The position numbers and the translations under genes are program-made. Under the pieces are notes generated by a model. It saw only the letters and a program-made list of their open reading frames with translations, ran no database searches and had not been told where the DNA came from. A stretch of DNA of 48,026 nt from an uncultured Bacteroidaceae bacterium (lineage in GTDB: Bacteria > Bacteroidota > Bacteroidia > Bacteroidales > GCA-2748055): the NCBI GenBank assembly GCA_964428945.1, contig CAYSAH010000001.1, positions 1 to 48,026 of the forward strand. The letters run 5' to 3'. This document shows positions 7,894 through 16,059 of this stretch, in pieces (position 1 is the stretch's first letter; each line of letters opens with the position of its first letter).

Positions 7894-8733
7894 CTATTGA
7901 AGGACTGCAGTGAATGTTGCCGTCTGGAAATCCATGGTAACTTTATATACCCCTGCATCAGGGGGAGAGAGGAATTTCTTTGTTCCCCAGTTATAAGCTG
8001 AGCCTTCACCATCCCAAACGAAAGTGCCACTATAAAGCATATTGGCAGGGTTCAGAGCAGGATCGATCCTGTAACAGGGGGTCCAGTTCAGACCCTGGCC
8101 ATCTGTGATCATTTCATAGTTCTGAGTGGCCAGGAATTCAATGCTTATCTCGAATACGGTTTCGCCTGTCTTTGTAAATTGTTGTTGGGGAAGGAAGGGT
8201 TGCTGCCATCCGGTTGTCAATGCTTCGCCCGAGATCCACAATTCATCAGGAACCGCAATAGCAGGAGGAATAGCTACATTGTATGGTGTAAGGCTTAAAT
8301 TCAGCACATTGGAGGAAAGTGTATCTGTGTAAAAGTAAACCGATCTTACCCGTGTGTAAATATTGTTTACTACTTCTGGTTCACATTGCAGGTCAATTAA
8401 GATCCTGTTGAGGTCGTACACCGAAAACGACTCACTGAATATATTTACCCTTGTAATAGTCCTGGGATCTGGAAAGTTTTCCTCCTTGTCTATATCAAGG
8501 ATAAATGTTCCAATAATATTGCCATTCACGGTATCATCCAGGTACCCGGGGTCCGTCCAGTTGAGAGTCAGTGCCACATTGGCCGAATCGACCTGTAGCA
8601 GCACAATTTCTGAGGCAGAGGCATTCAATACTGGGGCGCTTCCTTCACCGATGGTTGTTTTCAGCAGCTCGGATTCGCAGGCTGAAAGCATTATGACCAG
8701 TGCACTTATGACAGAAATATGAATCGATTTCAT
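7894..8733 (-). CDS. SusE/SusF-like surface glycan-binding lipoprotein
   Basis: 279-aa ORF immediately downstream of SusD. Lipoprotein signal ...IMLSAC. C-terminal LWISGEALTTGWQ...YKVTMDF resembles the SusE/F CBM-like domain. Confidence 0.65.
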   Translation of the reverse strand: MKSIHISVISALVIMLSACESELLKTTIGEGSAPVLNASASEIVLLQVDSANVALTLNWTDPGYLDDTVNGNIIGTFILDIDKEENFPDPRTITRVNIFSESFSVYDLNRILIDLQCEPEVVNNIYTRVRSVYFYTDTLSSNVLNLSLTPYNVAIPPAIAVPDELWISGEALTTGWQQPFLPQQQFTKTGETVFEISIEFLATQNYEMITDGQGLNWTPCYRIDPALNPANMLYSGTFVWDGEGSAYNWGTKKFLSPPDAGVYKVTMDFQTATFTAVLQ

Positions 8734-8750
8734 TTTATCTTATTTTTTTA

Positions 8751-10307
8751 TTAATAACCCAGGGTTGGCTCAAGGTTTGGATTGGCAAGAAGGTCTGAAG
8801 TTGGAAGAGGGAAAAGATTATACTTTTCATGGACCTCTTTTCCCCCGATCAGGCCTCCTTTCCAGGCCCACAAATAATCACCCGTGGTTAACCTGTCAAA
8901 GCGCACCAGGTCGGTCCGGCGTAAAGTTTCCCAGTAGAGTTCCCTTGCCCTTTCGTCCAGGATAAAATCCAGGGTCAGTTCATTTGAGGCAATATTGCCG
9001 AGAGTGCTTTCAGGGTCGCTGGAATAGGCCCTGCCCCTGATCTTATTGATATAGGAAAGGGCGCTTGCCTGGTCCCCCCCGGAACCACCCCGTAAGACCG
9101 CTTCAGCATAATTAAGATAAATTTCGGCCAGCCTGAATATGGGAAAATCGATATCACTGATGTTGTTGAAGGTATTGTTTTGAACCATTGCGTTTCCGGC
9201 CCGATCCAAATTTCTGAATTTGTAGGTTGAATAACCGCTGGTTGAGGTCCCCAAAGCTTCGACTTCAAGGGTTTGCCCTGTGGTCCAGAATTGAGCGCGT
9301 TTATCTACTGTTTGATCATGTGTTGGGAAGAGGGCGGGTATTTGCTGTGTCATACGCAGGGAACCCCAGTCTTCGCTCATTCCGTTCACTGCCAGGCTCA
9401 CGCCTGACGCACCCAGGGCCATGTAGTTCGTCCCTCCCCAGGTGATTATATTGGCATTGTCGTAGTTGGCGGTAAATATGAATTCATTTGTATTCAGATA
9501 ATTATCGGCAAGCATCAGCCAGTTATAGTCCTCTTCAAGGGAATAACCTGCGGCAATTACTTTTTTACTGTATGTTATTGCATCACTATACCTTTCAGTA
9601 CCGGTATACACTTCGGCATTCAGGTACATCCTTGAAAGCAGGGACCAGCAGGCAGCTTTATCAGCCCGGCCATACTCGTTCATTCCTGGTTCAGCCAGTT
9701 CGGTTTCAATTTCGGTAAGTTCCTGCTCGAGGTACTCAAACAGATCTGCACGCATGATCTGGGGAGGGGCCTCAGCCGCTGCGAGGCTGGTTTCAGTTGC
9801 AAATGGAGGATTTCCATAGAGATCCATCAGGACCCAATAGTAATAAGCTCTCATGAACCGGGCTTCTGCCTTGAATTGTGCAATGGTTTCGACATCGCTG
9901 CCACTGTATCCGCGCTCAGTTAGTTTTTCATCCGAAGCTTCCAGGAGAAAGTTATTGCAGAGCGTGATGTCATACATCACACTTGAGTAAACCTGGGTCA
10001 GGGCCTGGTTGTCAGCGGTCCAGTTGAATATGTGGTAGGAGAGAATTCCTTCGTCGTCCCATGTTGATACAGCCTCATCTGTGGTCAATTCCTGCATGTT
10101 AAAGTAGAACCTTAAAAAGTCGTTAAGTGTAAGGGTGGAATAAATGGTTGCCAGGCTTTGCTTATATCCTTCAATGGTATTGTACTGTATATCGCTGCCT
10201 GTACCATTGGTCGGAAACCGGTTGAGGTCGTCAATACACGAACCCAGGAGTATCATTTGAAGCATTAAGGCGGCTGTAAACAGATGTATGTTAAATCTTT
10301 TTTTCAT
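8751..10307 (-). CDS. SusD/RagB-family nutrient-binding outer-membrane lipoprotein
   Basis: Track ORF 8751..10334. I prefer the internal ATG at 10307 (MKKRFNIHLFTAALMLQMILLGSC, lipoprotein Cys), which avoids overlap with the SusC stop. SusD-like RAYYYWVLMDLYGNPP and C-terminal RRTDLVRFDR motifs. Confidence 0.9.
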   Translation of the reverse strand: MKKRFNIHLFTAALMLQMILLGSCIDDLNRFPTNGTGSDIQYNTIEGYKQSLATIYSTLTLNDFLRFYFNMQELTTDEAVSTWDDEGILSYHIFNWTADNQALTQVYSSVMYDITLCNNFLLEASDEKLTERGYSGSDVETIAQFKAEARFMRAYYYWVLMDLYGNPPFATETSLAAAEAPPQIMRADLFEYLEQELTEIETELAEPGMNEYGRADKAACWSLLSRMYLNAEVYTGTERYSDAITYSKKVIAAGYSLEEDYNWLMLADNYLNTNEFIFTANYDNANIITWGGTNYMALGASGVSLAVNGMSEDWGSLRMTQQIPALFPTHDQTVDKRAQFWTTGQTLEVEALGTSTSGYSTYKFRNLDRAGNAMVQNNTFNNISDIDFPIFRLAEIYLNYAEAVLRGGSGGDQASALSYINKIRGRAYSSDPESTLGNIASNELTLDFILDERARELYWETLRRTDLVRFDRLTTGDYLWAWKGGLIGGKEVHEKYNLFPLPTSDLLANPNLEPTLGY

Positions 10308-10333
10308 GTCAGATGTTTTTAAATGTTTTCTCA

Positions 10334-13300
10334 TTAAAAATCCAGGCTAAGGCCAAGCGTAAAGGTGCGGGGTACCGGATAATTCCCACCCCAGTCGATC
10401 CCCCAGTTCCAGCTTGCCTCGGGATCCTGACCGCTGTACTTTGTGAAGGTGTATACATTTTGTATGGAAGCGCTTAATCGGAGGGAGGCTTTCGCATCGG
10501 GGCCCTCGAAAAGATCCTCGAATTCGTAGCCGAAGTTAATGTTGTCGATTTTCAGAAAAGAGGCATTTTGCAGGTAGTAGTCACTGTAATCCTGTGCCTG
10601 GTTAGTGCTCATTCTGAATTCAGTGTCGTAATAGGCTGTGCTCATATTATAGGGCACCGTCCAGCCGTAGACAGCAACAAGATTGTCTCCGGGATGATGG
10701 TACATGTAATGACCCAGATTTGCATGGCACGCAATACCTGCAGTCCAGTTCTTGTAATACAGCCCTGTATTGAAACCTATCAGCACTTTCGGTATGGAGC
10801 TTTCCGAACGGTAACGATCCTTTTCGTTTATTATTCCATCCTTGTTCACATCGAGCATTGTTTCCTCCAGGGGAGTTCCATCCTGGTCATATACCTGGTG
10901 GTATAAATAGAATACATTCCGGCTGTACCCAACCGTATTTACAAGATAACGGTCGCTGAACAATCCAATGGCACTGTCGGCGACAAGAGATAAATTGGTG
11001 ATCTCATTTTCGTTGTACGTGAAATTCATACCGATATCCCAGGTCAATTCGTTGGTTTTTACAGGAAAAGCCTTAACGCTGAATTCAATACCCCTGTTTT
11101 CCATGCTCCCTATATTTTTAGTAATGGAGCTTGTAAAATCTGTTCCCAGCGGAACATTTACAGTATTCAGAAGGTCAGTTGTATTTTTTTTGTATAGATC
11201 TATCGCGCCTGATATCCGCTGATCATAAAAACCCCAATCCAGTCCAAAGTTTGTGGTTGAGGTCTGCTCCCATTTCCGGTTCCTGTCGGCTGCCGAGGGA
11301 TAGGCGAGTTGATAAAATGTGTTGCCGATCAGGGCCTGTGAGGTGAGATCACCTTGCGTATAGCTTGGGATATAGTCGTAATTTCCGATTCCGTCCTGCT
11401 GGCCGGTTACACCGTAGCCTATTCTGAGTTTAAGGTTTGAAACAGCTGAAATATCTCTTAAAAAGCTTTCCTGGTTGATCTTCCAGGCAAAAGCCAGTGA
11501 AGGGAATAAGCCCCAGCGATTGCTTTCTGAAAACCGGGATGAACCGTCATCCCTGATCGTAGCAGTAAAAAGGTACTTATCCATTAGGAAATAGTTTGCA
11601 CGGGCATAAAAAGAGATCAGTGTATGCTGAGGTTTGTCGAATGGATAAGTGGGAGCAGAATTGGGTTGCTCAACGTCAAATGCATTGTATGTGGGATAGA
11701 AGTAATTTGTCCTTAAAAAATCGTTATACGAATACCCCACCATAAGATCAAGCCTGCTTTTTATGGATGACAGGTCCTTTACATAATTAAGGTACGATTC
11801 GAAGAAAAGGTTTCTTACCTCATTTGAGGGACTGGCATTGTATACACTGCCAAAGGCAATATTTTGTTCAAAAGCCGTTTCGGGGATTCTGTAACTGCGG
11901 CTGCCGCGGGCTACATCATATCCTGTATTTATATTAACATGCAGATCCGGAAGGAAACGGGACTGGTAGTCGACCTGGATATTCCCGATGCTTCTCATGG
12001 ATTCACTGCTTGAGTTTACCTGCTCCAGCATGCCCACCGGGTTGTAATGTCCGTGAAATACCGCCGGGTTGGAGGCAAATGCTTCATACTCATAAAATCC
12101 GCCATAATGAGAGGTGTCGGTCCTGACCGGTTTTGTAGGATCGTAACTTATGGCACTGCTTATGGCCCGCTCATCGGCTATTCTCTGGTTTTCCATTGAT
12201 CCCTTGATATTAAGATTCACTTTCAGGTGATCGTCCAATAAAGAGGGATTGAGGTTAAGCATTGCAGTTATACGCTCGAAATTACTGGTCTTTAAAATAC
12301 CATCCTGGTTCAGGTAACCAATGGACAGGCGCCAGGGAATATTCTTTATACCGCCGCTCATGCTGAAATTGTTATCTGAACTGAGCGCAGGCTGGTATAT
12401 CTCTTCCTGCCAGTCTGTATTTTCCATCCCAACATTGAACCAGGAGGTGTCCTTTCCCGAAAAGGAAGCTGCTACATTAACTACTTCACGAAACTGATCG
12501 CCTGTTAACACAGGTACTTTTTTCATTATATCAGAAAGAGAAATTTTTGAAGAAAAAGACGCAGTCAGTCGTCCTGCCCTGCCTTTTGTTGTGGTGATCA
12601 AAATTACCCCGTTGGAAGCTCTCGATCCATAAATGGCAGAGGCAGAGGCGTCCTTTAATATACTGAAGGATTCGATATCGCCAGGGTTGAATGAGCTGAT
12701 AAATCCCGGACCATCACCCCAGCCTTCAATCGGCACTCCATCAATTACAATAAGAGGATCGTTGCTTGCATTAAGGGATGCTCCTCCGCGAATCAGGAAT
12801 GAACTTCCAGCTCCCGGCCTCCCGCTTGATGGAATTACCTGAATTCCCGGAACCTTGTTTGCGATAAGCTGCTCGGCATTGGTAACATATCCCTGGTTGA
12901 ATTCATCTGATCCAACTGTCGCAATGGCGCCGGTGATGTCTCTCTTCCTGGAAGTGCCATAGCCAATTTTGACTACCTCAGCCAGGGATTCAATTTCAGG
13001 TGCAAGTGTGACATCAATCCTTGTAATGTTTCCAACCGATTTCTCCTGCTGTCTATAGCCAACATAACTAAAGATAAGAACGGTTTCCGGGCCCGGAACA
13101 CTTAGCTCATATTTACCATTCAGATCGGTGACAGTTCCTGATGTTGTGCCCTGAATGGTAATATTTACACCCGGGAGCGGATCATTGTTCTCTCCTGTAA
13201 CTGTCCCGGAAACAGAAATATGCTGTGCTCCCAATGTTAATTGAAAACATAGCATACTTAATGATAATAAGAGAATAGGGAACCTGGTTTTACTTGAAAG

Positions 13301-13396
13301 AAACTGTTTGATAAACAATCCCAAACCGAACAAGAGTAGTCTATTCATTGGTGTCTGAGTTAGTGAATGAAAGGTGCTGTTTTTTAATGCAATCAC
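10334..13396 (-). CDS. SusC/RagA-family TonB-dependent outer-membrane transporter
   Basis: 1020-aa ORF (alternative start at 13348, MNRLLLFGLG). N-terminal carboxypeptidase-regulatory-like fold (VSGTVTGENNDPLPGVNITIQG), plug motifs (FLIRGGASLNASNDPLIVIDGVP, ILKDASASAIYGSRASNGVILITT), C-terminal ...LGLSLDF. Confidence 0.9.
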   Translation of the reverse strand: MIALKNSTFHSLTQTPMNRLLLFGLGLFIKQFLSSKTRFPILLLSLSMLCFQLTLGAQHISVSGTVTGENNDPLPGVNITIQGTTSGTVTDLNGKYELSVPGPETVLIFSYVGYRQQEKSVGNITRIDVTLAPEIESLAEVVKIGYGTSRKRDITGAIATVGSDEFNQGYVTNAEQLIANKVPGIQVIPSSGRPGAGSSFLIRGGASLNASNDPLIVIDGVPIEGWGDGPGFISSFNPGDIESFSILKDASASAIYGSRASNGVILITTTKGRAGRLTASFSSKISLSDIMKKVPVLTGDQFREVVNVAASFSGKDTSWFNVGMENTDWQEEIYQPALSSDNNFSMSGGIKNIPWRLSIGYLNQDGILKTSNFERITAMLNLNPSLLDDHLKVNLNIKGSMENQRIADERAISSAISYDPTKPVRTDTSHYGGFYEYEAFASNPAVFHGHYNPVGMLEQVNSSSESMRSIGNIQVDYQSRFLPDLHVNINTGYDVARGSRSYRIPETAFEQNIAFGSVYNASPSNEVRNLFFESYLNYVKDLSSIKSRLDLMVGYSYNDFLRTNYFYPTYNAFDVEQPNSAPTYPFDKPQHTLISFYARANYFLMDKYLFTATIRDDGSSRFSESNRWGLFPSLAFAWKINQESFLRDISAVSNLKLRIGYGVTGQQDGIGNYDYIPSYTQGDLTSQALIGNTFYQLAYPSAADRNRKWEQTSTTNFGLDWGFYDQRISGAIDLYKKNTTDLLNTVNVPLGTDFTSSITKNIGSMENRGIEFSVKAFPVKTNELTWDIGMNFTYNENEITNLSLVADSAIGLFSDRYLVNTVGYSRNVFYLYHQVYDQDGTPLEETMLDVNKDGIINEKDRYRSESSIPKVLIGFNTGLYYKNWTAGIACHANLGHYMYHHPGDNLVAVYGWTVPYNMSTAYYDTEFRMSTNQAQDYSDYYLQNASFLKIDNINFGYEFEDLFEGPDAKASLRLSASIQNVYTFTKYSGQDPEASWNWGIDWGGNYPVPRTFTLGLSLDF

Positions 13397-13650
13397 AATT
13401 TACAAATAAAACCCATTCCTGGAAAGCAGAGTTCGTTTTTGGACAAATAATATGTTTGAGGGATTGGAGCTTTTGTCATATTTAATTGTTCACTTAATGA
13501 TTTGGTTACGTTTGCGGAGATTTTGCCTGAATTATTTTGAAAGAGAAGATCTGCCAGATTAAGGATTTGCGTAATTTGTGTTTACTTAATAAATAGAATA
13601 CAACAATTAAAAAAAAAATTAGACTACTACTTACTTTTCTTTTTGTATCA

Positions 13651-14625
13651 ATGCTGTCAGGAACGATTTTCGGACAGTACAGCAACATATATCTGATCGG
13701 TAGTGCCACAGAGGCTATTTGGGATATCACAGCAGCTGTTCCTATGATTCAGGAAGGCAGCAACGCACAACTGTTTACATGGGAAGATACTTTAATGACC
13801 GGGGAGATTAAATTCGAAACCAATAATTCTGCATGATGTGCCGGAGATGAAATTATCGCTACAGCCCCGAGCCAGTCTTTAAGTGCTACAGATTACCAGA
13901 TCCGTGTAGCTTGCGAAGCAACAGATAACAAATGGATCGTTGATGTTGGAGGAGTGTACAAAATAACCATTGACCTAGGCGCTCAAACCGTGGTTTTTGA
14001 ACTTATCAATGAGATAGTTGTGGAAAAAGAACCTTATACAGAGCTCTACCTGATTGGAGACGCTACTTCTATTGCATGGGACATTGCCAAGCCGCTTCCT
14101 TTTTACCCAGGATGCTGTTAACGATCTGGTCTTTACCTGGGAGGGTCCCCTGGCCGCAAATATTTTCAAAATATTAGCCTTCAAGGGAGAATGGTGTATT
14201 GGGGACGAAATTGTTCCTATAGTTGACAACCAGGTTCTGACGGCCACAGACTACGTATTGAATGAAAATTGCGGAGGTCCGGATATAAATGGCTGGTGGA
14301 TGTTGCAGGAAATTACAAAACTACAGTCGACCTGGAAAATGAAACTGTTACCATTGAACTTATTGTGGGCATTGAAAACAGTAAAAAGGCTTCATTGATA
14401 TCAGTTTATCCCAATCCGGCTTCAGAATTATTGAATATTGATCTCGGAGAAAACAAGGCAGCAATTATTTCCCTCTATTCGATTGACGGAAGAAGATTGT
14501 ATTCACGTACATGTGCTGAAAGTAAAACAAGCATTGATCTTGGCAGGATAGCTCCGTCCGGTATGATTGTTGTGAAGGTTGAAAGTGGGGAAGCTAGCGA
14601 AATGTTCAGGGTTATGGTAAAATAA
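13651..14625 (+). pseudogene. Decayed gene for a two-repeat SusE/SusF-like carbohydrate-binding protein with a T9SS C-terminal sorting domain
   Basis: Three track ORFs (13651..13836, 14054..14398, 14269..14625) in three frames join into one protein. Lesions: in-frame TGA at 13834-13836 where the paralogous repeat has TGG (SA*CAGDEI vs GEWCIGDEI); +1 in a T5 run at 14100-14104 (KPLPF/TQDAV); -1 near 14290-14296 (GGPDI/KWLVDVAGNYK vs repeat 1 ATDNKWIVDVGGVYK). C-terminus ISVYPNPASELLNIDL...VVKVE is a T9SS CTD. The signal-peptide-like codons upstream (KKKIRLLLTFLFVS) have no start codon. Confidence 0.7.
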
Positions 14626-14704
14626 GCCTGTCCGGTAAAGTCCGGTTTATAGAATTGGGAACAGCTGTTTCTTTTTGATGTATGAGCAACAGGCTGCAGG
14701 GTTG

Positions 14705-14790
14705 GTGTCCACAGATGGACAGGGATGGAAATGGATGAGCTGCAAGCTGTCTTTTGTTTGGTCCACAGATGGACACACATGAGCTGCAAA
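14705..14790. promoter_or_regulatory. Duplicated palindromic motif GTCCACAGATGGACA followed by ATGAGCTGCAA (candidate operator pair) upstream of the GH16 gene
   Basis: GTCCACAGATGGACA at 14707-14721 and 14761-14775, 54 bp apart. Each is followed by ATGAGCTGCAA (14735-14745 and 14779-14789), with a 10-nt indel between copies. Half-sites are (T)GTCCA / TGGAC(A). Confidence 0.3.
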
Positions 14791-14886
14791 CGGCCTTATA
14801 GGAATTATTTTTTTCTTTTATAATCAGGGTCTTCCGTAATCTGCTTTTCAGTTTTCCCTCTTTCTTGTTCCTTATTCGATAATTAT

Positions 14887-14894
14887 TACATTTG
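14887..14894 (+). promoter_or_regulatory. Candidate Bacteroidota -7 promoter box (TACATTTG) for the GH16 gene
   Basis: Exact TAnnTTTG match ending 25 nt upstream of the ATG at 14920. Confidence 0.35.
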
Positions 14895-14919
14895 AGGCTA
14901 ACCATTAAAGCCCGATCTT

Positions 14920-16035
14920 ATGAGTCTGATCAAAACCCCTTTAATAGCCATACCCTGTTTTATCCTGTTGCTAATTATTGGTTCAACGGTGTTTTCCCAA
15001 TCTAAAGATTCATACAGCGAAGCAGGTATCGGCGACCTTATATGGTCCGATGATTTTGATGGAAGCGGGGAACCCGACCCGGCCAAATGGGAACGGCAGG
15101 AATACAACAGGAGAAACAATGCCAATGGGCCGGATGGCTGGTGGAGCAGGGAAGATTCCTATCTCGACGGGACCGGTAATCTGGTGATCCGGGTCCGTAA
15201 AATAATCGATAAGAATGCTGACGGAGATTCCTGTGACTTCAGTGTCGGAGCTCTCCGGAGCAAAGGGAAATTCGAACATTTGTACGGAAGATTTGAAATC
15301 AGTTGCAAATTACCCACCCAGCCGGGTTGGTGGGTCGCCTTCTGGATGATGCAGGGCAACGTGGGTTCAGTAGGTAATGGCGGCGTGGATGGCACAGAGG
15401 TGGATATAATGGAGGGATTCGGCTGGACAAACAAGATTAACCAGGCCTTCCACTGGGATGGATATGATGCGGACCATAAAAGCATAGGAAAAGCAATTTC
15501 TCCTGAAGGGATAAGAGAGGGATTCCACACCTATACCATGGACTGGTATCCTGATATCTATATTTTCTATATCGATGGAGTTGAAAGTTGGCGATCAACA
15601 GGAGGGGGTGTTTGCAATCAACCGGGTTACGTAAAGGTAACCGGCGAAATTTCAACCGAGGACTGGGCCATCAATGAATGGTGGTCGGAACATCCGGGAA
15701 AGGCGACCTATCCCGATTCCTTTATTGTCGATTATGTGAAAGTTTACGAACTGGAATATGAAGAACAGGTTTCTTCCGGGAGGCCATTACAAGCTGGCAA
15801 TTTCAGTTTGACCCAAAACCCCGTACAGGAGCAGATCCGGATAAATTGGGATGAAGCGCTTTGCTCTGAGGTTAAACATCTGCTCATTACAAACCTGAAC
15901 GGGCAGGTCCTTAAATCTTTTAGCAATGTAAATGCCAACTCTTCACTGTCAGTCAATGATTTAAATAAAGGAATGTACATTGTTTCGATTTGCCTTGCTG
16001 AGGGTAATGAATACCTGAGATTCATTAAGGAATAG
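14920..16035 (+). CDS. Glycoside hydrolase family 16 (beta-glucanase/laminarinase-like) with T9SS C-terminal sorting domain
   Basis: 371-aa ORF with a signal peptide. GH16 catalytic motif ExDxxE (GTEVDIMEG). C-terminal ~80 aa (LTQNPVQEQIRINW...GMYIVSICL) resembles a T9SS type-A CTD. Confidence 0.8.
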   Translation: MSLIKTPLIAIPCFILLLIIGSTVFSQSKDSYSEAGIGDLIWSDDFDGSGEPDPAKWERQEYNRRNNANGPDGWWSREDSYLDGTGNLVIRVRKIIDKNADGDSCDFSVGALRSKGKFEHLYGRFEISCKLPTQPGWWVAFWMMQGNVGSVGNGGVDGTEVDIMEGFGWTNKINQAFHWDGYDADHKSIGKAISPEGIREGFHTYTMDWYPDIYIFYIDGVESWRSTGGGVCNQPGYVKVTGEISTEDWAINEWWSEHPGKATYPDSFIVDYVKVYELEYEEQVSSGRPLQAGNFSLTQNPVQEQIRINWDEALCSEVKHLLITNLNGQVLKSFSNVNANSSLSVNDLNKGMYIVSICLAEGNEYLRFIKE

Positions 16036-16059
16036 AGTCCTTAACCCTGTATAAAAGGA

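Noticed and set aside
13572-13579. Promoter -7 box for the pseudogene (TAATTTGT)
   Set aside because: On checking, it is TA-n-TTTG (one spacer base short), not the TAnnTTTG consensus. Not reported as a feature.
13506-13730. 74-aa minus-strand ORF in the SusC/pseudogene intergenic region
   Set aside because: AT-rich low-complexity translation that overlaps the pseudogene's signal-peptide codons on the opposite strand. No support.
13834-13836. TGA read as Trp (alternative genetic code or programmed readthrough), since it aligns with TGG in the internal repeat
   Set aside because: TGA terminates a well-formed gene elsewhere (37944-37946). The same gene carries two frameshifts and lacks a start codon. 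A nonsense mutation in a decaying gene is the simpler reading.
14100-14296. Pseudogene frameshifts as mere sequencing/assembly errors
   Set aside because: Cannot be excluded without reads (one is in a T5 run). However, about 30 other ORFs with many homopolymers are intact, and the gene also has a nonsense codon and no start. I keep the pseudogene call with a stated check.
14475-14905. Minus-strand track ORFs 14475..14789 and 14612..14905
   Set aside because: They run antisense across the pseudogene's T9SS CTD and the palindrome-containing intergenic region. Translations are Cys/His/Ser-rich nonsense generated by the repeats.
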